Counted from the first letter of the stretch, positions 10,601 to 19,198 are shown. The stretch is 20,000 bases of DNA from Atractiella rhizophila (GCA_021432655.1 MU271223.1:109675-129674), one strand, 5' to 3'. Numbers and translations are program-made. Notes: generated by a model not told the origin, from the letters alone.

Positions 10601-13600
10601 CCCACAGGTCACAATCAACTCGTTCACCCTTGGTGTTCGAGGAAGACATTGTGGTTACACGATTCGGTCGAGCTTTCGATTTTCCGGCGGCACAGGCAAC
10701 ACACGGAGGTAACGAGGTCGCATTGCAATCGAAACCCGACACCCAATCCCCGTTACAAAGCTCTTTCCACCTCTTCGAACCTATATGGCCCAAACGTGCG
10801 TGCCAGGTTTGAGGAGTCGTAACTGCAAAGGCAGACGTGTGAGACAGAGCATTGGAAGCCTTCGCAGGCCGGGAAGGGGCACTCGCCTCCAATTCAATTT
10901 GTCCTACGCCAAAAACCGCTCTTCCAAAGTGCGCGCCAGCCTCGCGACGGAAGAACATGTTGCGGCGGTCATTGGTGAACTTGATCCCACGTTTCATGAG
11001 GTCGAGTTGGGAGATCAAGTTGACACCGAGACCTGGTACGTAGAATCCCGTTCCAAAATCCGCTTCAGATATGACCCTGCCGGACCGGTCTTCCAATAAT
11101 GGTTTGACCCGTCCGACGTGCGTTGCGAATCCGCCGCTGCCAAAAGCACCACCAACAAATATCGGAGGAGTGAGAGGTTGCATGTCGGTAAATAACTCTG
11201 GGGAACCTGACATGTGGACGGATGCGGCAGAGTCAAGGAATGTTGATACAGGGACGGTTTCCATTCCGGGGATATCACGGGAGAGGAAGCGGAAGGCGCC
11301 ATCAGGGATAACAGCGTCGTAAGTTGTGAACGGAGAGTTGGAGGAAGTCGAATGTGAATTGGGAAGAGTATGAAAAGCCGAAGGAGGAGGAGTGGACATC
11401 GCAGCCTGAGCATTTGTGGCGACATTAACAGGAAGGTTCATATCAACAACGCAAGAAGGAGATCGTAAAGCTATGAGTAGATCAGAAGTCAAAGAAAAAG
11501 GCTGAAACGTTTGAGAATATAAAGCCACATCAAATTGAGGGAGAGACAGAAGATAATCAATATTAGAAAGATGGTCAAGAGAAGATTTCGAAATTTTCTG
11601 ATTTGAGCAAGTAAATGGTGAAGTAACGAATGCAGAAGGTCGATGAGAAGGGGATAAAACTGAATCGGAGGGCATAGGGTCGTCGTGAGGATGTTCATTG
11701 TCGGAAACAGATTCAAAAGCGAGATATTGTGCGTCAGTAATTGTATGAAGAGCTTCATCGAAAGATGTCGGGCTGCCAGTGGAGTAGGTCGTGTGAGTAA
11801 GGTAATGAGAATTCGCTTCAGGAACACGTCTATGCCGAGTGAATTCTGGGAGGTAAAGCGGGTGGCATTCCAGGTCCATATGCGTGGTAGGGTGAGGAAC
11901 ATCCCATCCACGCTGTTCGTATGCGGCTTGAACGAAAGAGGGCCAGTAAGTCACGTCCCCATTCACGATCAACCTGCCATCTCCACCACCATCCCATCTG
12001 CCGTCCGGTCCAGGGTTCTCCTGATCCCGTTGCGATGGAGGGATACGAGTATCAGAAAGAACTGAAGTGGACGTATTGGTGGGACTAGCTATCAGAGCTG
12101 TTGACGGGGTCCTATAAAAATATGGCTGTCGATCCGTCTTGATAGTGATCCCAAGGTCACGAAAAGCTTGAAATCGAGCTCTAGGGCGGTCATCCGGGAG
12201 AACTGTGCATTGGTTCGCAATGTGGCCTTCCCGTAAGCAATATACGCATTGCTGAGGGCCAACAACAAAAAGTCCTGAAGGAGATATGGCCCCTGGCCAG
12301 AATTTCAAACCGTCGTAATCCCATGCCCGAGATCCAAAGGCATGTCGTTCGGGATGCGAGAATACGCGTCGAGTAAAACCCGGCCAGGCCTGGGAGACAA
12401 TGCCCTTTTGTGGGCTACGGACGTTGTAGACATCGCGAACGCGGGATTCCGGCGGAGGAAGATCTCTCTGAATCCAACGGCGACGCGGTGTAACAACGGA
12501 AGGTGGAGCAGGCGGAGTCTGTGGAGAAGGTGTACGTGATCGATGATCAGTAGGAGGAGGTAGTAGAGTTTCAGAAGATTGGCGGGTAGGCGTAACAAAA
12601 TCAGGTGTGGCCGGCGTCGGAGAATAGGAAAAACGTTGGCGGGTTGGAAATGGAGCCAAGGAGGGTGATGGGGAAAAACGAGGAGGAGTAGACGTGTATC
12701 GAGGAGATGACCAGTTTCGGGGATTCCCGGTGCGTGTGGCATACACACCAATGCTTGACTCCTTGGAGTAAACATCATTCCCCATTTTAGAACCTATATG
12801 GCCCAAACGTGCGTGCCAGGTTTGAGGAGTCGTAACTGCAAAGGCAGACGTGTGAGACAGAGCATTGGAAGCCTTCGCAGGCCGGGAAGGGGCACTCGCC
12901 TCCAATTCAATTTGTCCTACGCCAAAAACCGCTCTTCCAAAGTGCGCGCCAGCCTCGCGACGGAAGAACATGTTGCGGCGGTCATTGGTGAACTTGATCC
13001 CACGTTTCATGAGGTCGAGTTGGGAGATCAAGTTGACACCGAGACCTGGTACGTAGAATCCCGTTCCAAAATCCGCTTCAGATATGACCCTGCCGGACCG
13101 GTCTTCAAATAATGGTTTGACCCGTCCGACGTGCGTTGCGAATCCGCCGCTGCCAAAAGCACCACCAACAAATATCGGAGGAGTGAGAGGTTGCATGTCG
13201 GTAAATAACTCTGGGGAACCTGACATGTGGACGGATGCGGCAGAGTCAAGGAATGTTGATACAGGGACGGTTTCCATTCCGGGGATATCACGGGAGAGGA
13301 AGCGGAAGGCGCCATCAGGGATAACAGCGTCGTAAGTTGTGAACGGAGAGTTGGAGGAAGTCGAATGTGAATTGGGAAGAGTATGAAAAGCCGAAGGAGG
13401 AGGAGTGGACATCGCAGCCTGAGCATTTGTGGCGACATTAACAGGAAGGTTCATATCAACAACGCAAGAAGGAGATCGTAAAGCTATGAGTAGATCAGAA
13501 GTCAAAGAAAAAGGCTGAAACGTTTGAGAATATAAAGCCACATCAAATTGAGGGAGAGACAGAAGATAATCAATATTAGAAAGATGGTCAAGAGAAGATT

Positions 13601-15677
13601 TCGAAATTTTCTGATTTGAGCAAGTAAATGGTGAAGTAACGAATGCAGAAGGTCGATGAGAAGGGGATAAAACTGAATCGGAGGGCATAGGGTCGTCGTG
13701 AGGATGTTCATTGTCGGAAACAGATTCAAAAGCGAGATATTGTGCGTCAGTAATTGTATGAAGAGCTTCATCGAAAGATGTCGGGCTGCCAGTGGAGTAG
13801 GTCGTGTGAGTAAGGTAATGAGAATTCGCTTCAGGAACACGTCTATGCCGAGTGAATTCTGGGAGGTAAAGCGGGTGGCATTCCAGGTCCATATGCGTGG
13901 TAGGGTGAGGAACATCCCATCCACGCTGTTCGTATGCGGCTTGAACGAAAGAGGGCCAGTAAGTCACGTCCCCATTCACGATCAACCTGCCATCTCCACC
14001 ACCATCCCATCTGCCGTCCGGTCCAGGGTTCTCCTGATCCCGTTGCGATGGAGGGATACGAGTATCAGAAAGAACTGAAGTGGACGTATTGGTGGGACTA
14101 GCTATCAGAGCTGTTGACGGGGTCCTATAAAAATATGGCTGTCGATCCGTCTTGATAGTGATCCCAAGGTCACGAAAAGCTTGAAATCGAGCTCTAGGGC
14201 GGTCATCCGGGAGAACTGTGCATTGGTTCGCAATGTGGCCTTCCCGTAAGCAATATACGCATTGCTGAGGGCCAACAACAAAAAGTCCTGAAGGAGATAT
14301 GGCCCCTGGCCAGAATTTCAAACCGTCGTAATCCCATGCCCGAGATCCAAAGGCATGTCGTTCGGGATGCGAGAATACGCGTCGAGTAAAACCCGGCCAG
14401 GCCTGGGAGACAATGCCCTTTTGTGGGCTACGGACGTTGTAGACATCGCGAACGCGGGATTCCGGCGGAGGAAGATCTCTCTGAATCCAACGGCGACGCG
14501 GTGTAACAACGGAAGGTGGAGCAGGCGGAGTCTGTGGAGAAGGTGTACGTGATCGATGATCAGTAGGAGGAGGTAGTAGAGTTTCAGAAGATTGGCGGGT
14601 AGGCGTAACAAAATCAGGTGTGGCCGGCGTCGGAGAATAGGAAAAACGTTGGCGGGTTGGAAATGGAGCCAAGGAGGGTGATGGGGAAAAATGAGGAGGA
14701 GTAGACGTGTATCGAGGAGATGACCAGTTTCGGGGATTCCCGGTGCGTGTGGCATACACACCAATGCTTGACTCCTTGGAGTAAACATCATTCCCCATTT
14801 TAGCCTCCATAGCACCATGCATCTCCCTTTGTCGGGCCACTTCCCGAAGGTGCTCAAAGCACTTGGTGAGGTTCTTCCTAGGTACCTTGGCGGTGTCTAA
14901 AGCGTGGGCTCGCCAATCCGGATCAAGAGAGTTAACGAACATCACGAAACGAGTGGCTTCTGGTACCGTAAAGTCTTTGTCCGTTGCCACAAGGTCAGAA
15001 TAAAGGCGAGACCAATGTGTAATATACTCCTGGATTGAATACGTTCCGGAAGTTGAAAAAGAGCATCGGCTAAACGCATCCCAAGCAGTATGGCCACTGA
15101 GAGTGTGGGCGTCACCATACACTTCTCGAAGCTTCGCAATCATTTCTGAGGCAATTCGAATGGTGGTGGGTATTTCGTTGTTGGATACGTGGTCCAAATT
15201 CGCTCGAATAACAGCGATCGCGCTCGCATTACCCGCATTCCACTCAATCATCGCGTTTTCCCACGCCTTCCTCGTCGGCTCAGGAGCATTGTCAGGGGGA
15301 CGCACAGGTTTCTCCTTAACGAAGTCCTCCCCATCCGGTCGGTCAATGCAGTACTGGTGGATCTTCATCTGCATCAGTCCACTGGACATCGCTTCCCACC
15401 AAGGATCAAAACCCCCTTGAACAGGAGGTACTCCCTCTATTTTCATGCTCATGCCGCCAATGTTAGGGTTGGATATGCGTATATCCATCGCAGGAAGAGG
15501 TTCGAAAGAATTAGATGGTGATGGAGGATCGGAATGGAGAAGCGGTTCAGTGGTGGCAGGGGATGGAGCCCGGGTTGATTGTGGGTTCGTGGTAGGAGTG
15601 GGAAAAAGACGATTATTTGATTGCGTAAAATGAGGTGGCGGTTCACGTTCGACAGGTGGTGTCGGATATCGAGACAT
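7680..15677 (-). CDS. Copia Gag-Pol polyprotein, 2665 aa, with an internally duplicated zinc knuckle-protease block
   Basis: CCHC knuckle CVYCLREGHIANQC at 14220-14261 and 12207-12248. Protease FLDSAASVHM with Asp codons at 13245-13247 and 11232-11234. Integrase motifs WHARLGH...CVAC, DCDLWGP, RSDNGGEF, GFIERRW and GYLEGSKGW. RT motifs KARLVARG, DIGNAFLNG, LYGLRQA and HVDD (8637-8648). RNase H motifs YSDSD, TEAEY, DNQGA and ADVMTK. Confidence 0.98.
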   Translation of the reverse strand: MSRYPTPPVEREPPPHFTQSNNRLFPTPTTNPQSTRAPSPATTEPLLHSDPPSPSNSFEPLPAMDIRISNPNIGGMSMKIEGVPPVQGGFDPWWEAMSSGLMQMKIHQYCIDRPDGEDFVKEKPVRPPDNAPEPTRKAWENAMIEWNAGNASAIAVIRANLDHVSNNEIPTTIRIASEMIAKLREVYGDAHTLSGHTAWDAFSRCSFSTSGTYSIQEYITHWSRLYSDLVATDKDFTVPEATRFVMFVNSLDPDWRAHALDTAKVPRKNLTKCFEHLREVARQREMHGAMEAKMGNDVYSKESSIGVYATRTGNPRNWSSPRYTSTPPHFSPSPSLAPFPTRQRFSYSPTPATPDFVTPTRQSSETLLPPPTDHRSRTPSPQTPPAPPSVVTPRRRWIQRDLPPPESRVRDVYNVRSPQKGIVSQAWPGFTRRVFSHPERHAFGSRAWDYDGLKFWPGAISPSGLFVVGPQQCVYCLREGHIANQCTVLPDDRPRARFQAFRDLGITIKTDRQPYFYRTPSTALIASPTNTSTSVLSDTRIPPSQRDQENPGPDGRWDGGGDGRLIVNGDVTYWPSFVQAAYEQRGWDVPHPTTHMDLECHPLYLPEFTRHRRVPEANSHYLTHTTYSTGSPTSFDEALHTITDAQYLAFESVSDNEHPHDDPMPSDSVLSPSHRPSAFVTSPFTCSNQKISKSSLDHLSNIDYLLSLPQFDVALYSQTFQPFSLTSDLLIALRSPSCVVDMNLPVNVATNAQAAMSTPPPSAFHTLPNSHSTSSNSPFTTYDAVIPDGAFRFLSRDIPGMETVPVSTFLDSAASVHMSGSPELFTDMQPLTPPIFVGGAFGSGGFATHVGRVKPLFEDRSGRVISEADFGTGFYVPGLGVNLISQLDLMKRGIKFTNDRRNMFFRREAGAHFGRAVFGVGQIELEASAPSRPAKASNALSHTSAFAVTTPQTWHARLGHIGSKMGNDVYSKESSIGVYATRTGNPRNWSSPRYTSTPPRFSPSPSLAPFPTRQRFSYSPTPATPDFVTPTRQSSETLLPPPTDHRSRTPSPQTPPAPPSVVTPRRRWIQRDLPPPESRVRDVYNVRSPQKGIVSQAWPGFTRRVFSHPERHAFGSRAWDYDGLKFWPGAISPSGLFVVGPQQCVYCLREGHIANQCTVLPDDRPRARFQAFRDLGITIKTDRQPYFYRTPSTALIASPTNTSTSVLSDTRIPPSQRDQENPGPDGRWDGGGDGRLIVNGDVTYWPSFVQAAYEQRGWDVPHPTTHMDLECHPLYLPEFTRHRRVPEANSHYLTHTTYSTGSPTSFDEALHTITDAQYLAFESVSDNEHPHDDPMPSDSVLSPSHRPSAFVTSPFTCSNQKISKSSLDHLSNIDYLLSLPQFDVALYSQTFQPFSLTSDLLIALRSPSCVVDMNLPVNVATNAQAAMSTPPPSAFHTLPNSHSTSSNSPFTTYDAVIPDGAFRFLSRDIPGMETVPVSTFLDSAASVHMSGSPELFTDMQPLTPPIFVGGAFGSGGFATHVGRVKPLLEDRSGRVISEADFGTGFYVPGLGVNLISQLDLMKRGIKFTNDRRNMFFRREAGAHFGRAVFGVGQIELEASAPSRPAKASNALSHTSAFAVTTPQTWHARLGHIGSKRWKELCNGDWVSGFDCNATSLPPCVACAAGKSKARPNRVTTMSSSNTKGERVDCDLWGPAPVSALQTGERYGLGIIDDATAKMWWIPLHAKSDAAGALKEWIRQSERRVGIKVKVIRSDNGGEFKSVHFQDFVRSHGITHQTSIPYIHNQMGFIERRWYTLFDVARTILFESGLPLSFWEKAVQFAVYTLNRLPTFSHGTWKCPEALWSGSTPDVSHLRTFGCLAVIHIPVERQRSKLDPRGAIGYFVGYLEGSKGWLFWLPKERRFVQSKEVRWFEDQFYKDRTEEETRVLAKWTTNDFMPSEFDALADNVTVSIPEPSAILQPPDISFPEPTSTTDATSPPSETVNPDIGGDVTGKENDLEGDGSASEMIQSRYRRQVVNDSVPRPYPPPSARPRRNVPRRDYKVLHTGKQRGNLRIPSPPILRTQAFPDPTEQSSTTLQAQISSLYANSHIWVGPKDYVPSVAAATMNREMCRSGQAVSVGYPELQRKWEVYAVGVNWNGNIDEPSFRQALQGPDADKWWAAILAEISALQAMGTWEERLVELPVGKRAIDCKWVLLIKRDLDGNVIKYKARLVARGDRQREGIDFTETFAPTVRMSSLRSTLSIAATERLKLAQFDIGNAFLNGTLDEEVYLRQPQGFVDPSDPKKVFRLRKTLYGLRQAGKGWYDTFHSFLIDNGYVRTNADHGVYVKREGTDLSQELTIICLHVDDGLVAASSHQLIERLFTLLRSRFKITTSPVSNFLGMRIEWDEENSRVTLDQESYVRKCIEKYMMGDSRPVKTPCDIDDKVTKEWAPSTEEEHNYMKRVPYREAVGALIFAAVNTRPDIAFAVNRAARFCANPGKRHWSQVQRIFRYLNGTQHFKLVWDAMGSTTVDGYSDSDHASDVDTRRSISGVVFRLGRSAVSWISKMQPTVAISSTEAEYIALSTAAREAVWLRQLMSDLGFPQTSPTLIRGDNQGALTLAKHPANHGRTKHVEVHYHFTRERVADGQIVLKWIPTNQMVADVMTKGLAHLQHWTLCSEMGLITG
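10777..14802. repeat. Tandem duplication, 2 x 2013 bp (10777-12789 and 12790-14802), in frame (671 codons)
   Basis: The sequence repeats with period 2013. Differences seen are 11094 C vs 13107 A and 12679 C vs 14692 T. The junction reads ...HIG-S-KMGND with 1 bp of microhomology at 12790. Confidence 0.97.
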
Positions 15678-15765
15678 ATAACGGAAAACAAAGTGGTGTT
15701 ACAAAAATGTTGCAGAGGGGCGGTCGCCCTCATGCTGATGCTTGGAATATGTTCAGTCGCAAGCA

Positions 15766-15778
15766 GCTCTCGCTACCA
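15766..15778 (-). other. Primer binding site TGGTAGCGAGAGC, probably for initiator tRNA-Met
   Basis: It abuts the 5' LTR, and TGG is complementary to the tRNA CCA end. TGGTAGCG matches the start of the Ty1 tRNAi-Met PBS. Confidence 0.85.
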
Positions 15779-15784
15779 TGTGAG

Positions 15785-15887
15785 CTGGATCCCAGCGAAG
15801 TGTAAGATGGTGGAAAAACCGCTCATGGAATGCAATGGAAAGACGTACCTGGATCCCAGCGAAGTGTAAGATGGTGGAAAAACCGCT
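15785..15887. repeat. 39-bp direct repeat within the 5' LTR (15785-15823 and 15849-15887)
   Basis: Same structure as in the other LTR. Confidence 0.95.
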
Positions 15888-15927
15888 GGGGATCCAGGTG
15901 TCCGAGGGACAAACAAAAGCACACCAG

Positions 15928-15949
15928 TCACGTGCTAGTCACGTGACTA
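15928..15949. promoter_or_regulatory. Tandem GTCACGTG E-boxes including the perfect 14-bp palindrome TAGTCACGTGACTA in the LTR (also at 7391-7412)
   Basis: Two CACGTG cores lie 11 bp apart and match the bHLH/Cbf1-type RTCACRTG consensus. Enhancer function is inferred. Confidence 0.45.
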
Positions 15950-16300
15950 TGGCTAACATGGAAGAAGGAAAGAAAGACAGGGAGAGACTAGGATATGCGA
16001 CGTGGGCTGAGGGACAATGAGCGTCCAGCTCTCACACATCAAGGCCTGATAACCTGATGATGAAATTGCTAATCTCTCTGTGTTTGTCAGTATCTATGTA
16101 TGCAAAACAGTGTGGCTGGAACGAAGATTCAATCAATGTTGCCAAATATATCAATCATATCAGATACAACGGACGACTGACGATTCTGAACGATGTTCAA
16201 AATTAGCTCATTGCCATGAACTTTTCTCATGTTTGATCAACAGGAGAAGTTTACAAACGCGACAGTGTTGCGACCCCAAGAACGGCGAGCAATAACCCGT

Positions 16301-17707
16301 TCAATGTTCCTGAATGTCTTCCATCTGATCATAATATTCCCATCCGTCTACTTCCATCGCTGGTGGTGTTGGCCCAGCATCCGGAGAAGGGGTATCCACT
16401 TCCATAACATCCTTTTGCGATCGACGATGAGTCAGAGGTGAACCCTTCTGGGGAGGTTTTGGCGGAGGCTGAATGTCAAACTGATTCTTTGCGCACATCG
16501 GTACCTTCCTAGGAGTCTGTTTGAGCGAGCTTTTTGACTTTGCCAGTGCCGATTTTCGCGTCGCAATGTGAACTTCTAGTGTGGCTGTCTCGAAGTCTTT
16601 TCGAGAGGCAGAAAGAGGCGTTATTGAAATGGTAAGACCAGCTGGAGATTCTGCTACACGAACTGTCTGGACTGCACTAGGGTTCACCGTGACTATCTTA
16701 TGGGGGTTGGTCGGGGCAGTTGGGGTGCCAGGGTTCCACGTTTCCTTCTCCTCCAGTGTGAGATGGTTAGTGGGCTGTGATACCGGCTTAACCGTAGAAA
16801 TTGATGATTGACGTCTGGCTAGGGCGACGGGGGCACTATTGCTCCTTTCCAAAGGTGATGGAGTGTCGGAGTGCTCGAACATTGCTTTTCTGGAATCCAA
16901 ACGGTTGACGGTCGTCCTCCTAAGCTTCTTTTTTGGAGTTGGTAGATCGACGATTTCTCTGAAGGGAGAGTTTCCATCCTCTTCGTCGTCAGCCAGATCA
17001 GTACTGGATCTTCTTCTCTTCTTCCTCTCATGCTGATTCGTGGTAGACGTCGTTGCTGCCAATGTCGATGTCAAATTGTTTGGTGCTGCTCTCTGCATTT
17101 TCTTCTCTGTTTCCAAGGGCATCACTTTCTTTCGTTCTGGGGTGACGTCTGGAGTCGCATATGGAAGGCTTGCGGCCGTCGTCGGAGGGGTGTACCAAAC
17201 CGGCGGAGCACCAGGAGAGGACAGAGGGGCGTGTTTTGTAGTGAAATGAGGCAGGTTCAAAACCGAGTCGTTGGCTACGTAACTTAGTCCTTAAACAGGA
17301 GTGAGGAAGGAAGACTTGCCCTGGGATGATCTAGTTTCCTCACACCCCTTGTTTTCTGAGTCTTCTGCAATTGTCTTCAGACGATGGACTTGGGCAATAG
17401 AAACAATAGCGTTAGTTGCGGTCGAAATGACAAGAAATTAATAGATGTACCCGGTTCATCCTTTTCCTTTCGCTCTGACATCGATTTCTGGTCCTTGAAA
17501 ATAACTCCTGCCCCCAGCCGAGGTCAGGCTCTGCACAGAAAGCTCAAAATGCGTACCTTCAATCTTCCGATGTTTTTTGAACCGCTCAACAACTTCGAGG
17601 ATCTTATCAACTCCATAAACATCACACAAGTGATACACGAGTCCCATCGAGTCTTTCCACAAATAGGCTTTGTGGCACGAGATTAAATCTTTCGCACGGG
17701 ACATCAT
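16301..17707 (-). CDS. Hypothetical spliced gene, ~416 aa, mostly Ser/Thr/Pro/Lys-rich and disordered with NLS-like basic patches; start uncertain
   Basis: The 319-aa ORF extends upstream through phase-compatible introns at 17275-17319 (GC-AG), 17389-17450 (CTAAC branch) and 17508-17556 (CTGAC branch). No family recognised. Confidence 0.55.
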
Positions 17708-19198
17708 GGCTTTCCGTATAATCGAATAGGGAGTCGAGATAATGGTTCTCTTCTGCAACCACCAAGGAAGCAAGATTGGGGTTTCTCATGGATTCTGTTG
17801 CTGTTATCGACTGTTTGGGTCGGATGTTCGAGGCGTCAATGGGATGTGGCCTCGCTTTAGCCATTGGTGAAACAATCAGTCGTGGTTGACCAAGTTACGA
17901 ACTGGTGACCTTGTAAAGTTATATATCCAGTCATCCCTTTGTTTTATTTCGCCGCAACGTCGCTTGTTGATAAGTTCACAAGGATGCAAAGATTTCTTTG
18001 TGTAGCAGAAGATTATCACTTATCAAATTGACAAGAGCCTGTGCAAGACTCAGAAGAGGCATCAAGACTTTTATGTCGGAAGTCCTCGATCAAGTCAGTC
18101 TTGCTGGATTTGGTAAGGAACCGTTGAAGGCCCATGCGCATCGAATACCATCAAGAGGGACGAACGTAAACGTGGTGGAGCAAGAGCTGCATCCACGAGC
18201 AAAACTGCATTGATAATTGAGACAATCTCATGGCTATTGTCCCTGATGGACGATCTCCTTCCATTCTCGCGTGTCTTGTCCTGCAAGCCAATGTGTATAG
18301 ATCTGTTAACTTCGATAGAGCCTTAAGCCTTAACCTTAAGGGAACAAGGACTGCTCGAAATTTCGCATTTGTCATCTGCTTCTTTGTTGTTACCTGCTTA
18401 TTCTTGTAATAAGGCTTGCGTGGATGCGCCGTTTGGCGCCATGAAGCAATTAATGAGAAAGAATATACGCATCTCTTCTACTGAAGCTCGACTATGGAGC
18501 TCAAAACTCAGGAGATAGCGAAACGAGCACGGTTATTTGGTGAAGCAGGCATAGAAGCCTGTTGAGCCACAATTATGGGAGTAGCTGAATGTTGGGCGTA
18601 AGGTGCGAAGAGTTCCTCGCTCAGAATGTATTGTAATGAAAAGTAAGCAAGCACCTGTTCATAGGGATGGTTGTTACAACTTTCGGTCACGTAAAGTGGC
18701 GTAAATCAACTCACGCCGTAATGGAAGTCTTTGTCGCAAAAGTTTGTAAACCTCACGAAACCTCGCAGAAGCTGCCGTCCCTATTTGCTGGGACGAAACG
18801 CACTTTCAAGTTCACATAAATACCACAGAAACAACCTCACTCCGCGGCTCTCTCTGATATTGTTTTCGAATCGATACATTTCCCCGATTCCCCGCTTGGT
18901 CCTTCCCCGCTGAACCTATTCCCATCTCATCATTGTCGTGCTCATAAAAGCATGATTCCTGCCCAATTTCCCTGGCGGACCTTCCCGATTTCAGCAGTTT
19001 TCCTGATTTTCTTCGTTTGCCGTACGTCATAAACACATAATCTTGAGGAAACAAATACGGGCAAATAGCCAAGCTCATAAAAACCGATCAGCTGCCCCTT
19101 ACCCTTCTCCACAATCTCAGCGTCACGCGTTCCTGCAGAAGCCTTCCACATCCCTAGGAGAAGACTGAGAATATCCCTAAGAAACTGAGAAGACGAAC

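Larger units (their letters stand above)
7242..16036 (-). mobile_element. Full-length Ty1/copia (Pseudoviridae) LTR retrotransposon, 8795 bp
   Basis: Two 258-bp TG...CA LTRs, a PBS next to the 5' LTR, a PPT next to the 3' LTR, and a single ORF with the copia domain order PR-IN-RT-RH. Confidence 0.98.
15779..16036 (-). repeat. 5' LTR (258 bp)
   Basis: Copy of 7242-7499, directly followed on the - strand by the PBS. Confidence 0.97.

Noticed and set aside
7949..15869. Many short antisense or alternate-frame ORFs within the element, including a possible env-like gene
   Set aside because: These are shadows of the polyprotein. Only about 170 bp separate the pol stop from the PPT, leaving no room for an extra gene.
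7242..16036. RIP-like hypermutation of the repeats
   Set aside because: The ORF is intact and only three differences were seen across the LTRs and the 2-kb duplication.
17900..19100. Short ORFs with some splice-like signals on the minus strand
   Set aside because: I could not assemble a stop-free spliced frame or recognise a motif. The region may be degenerate or non-coding.
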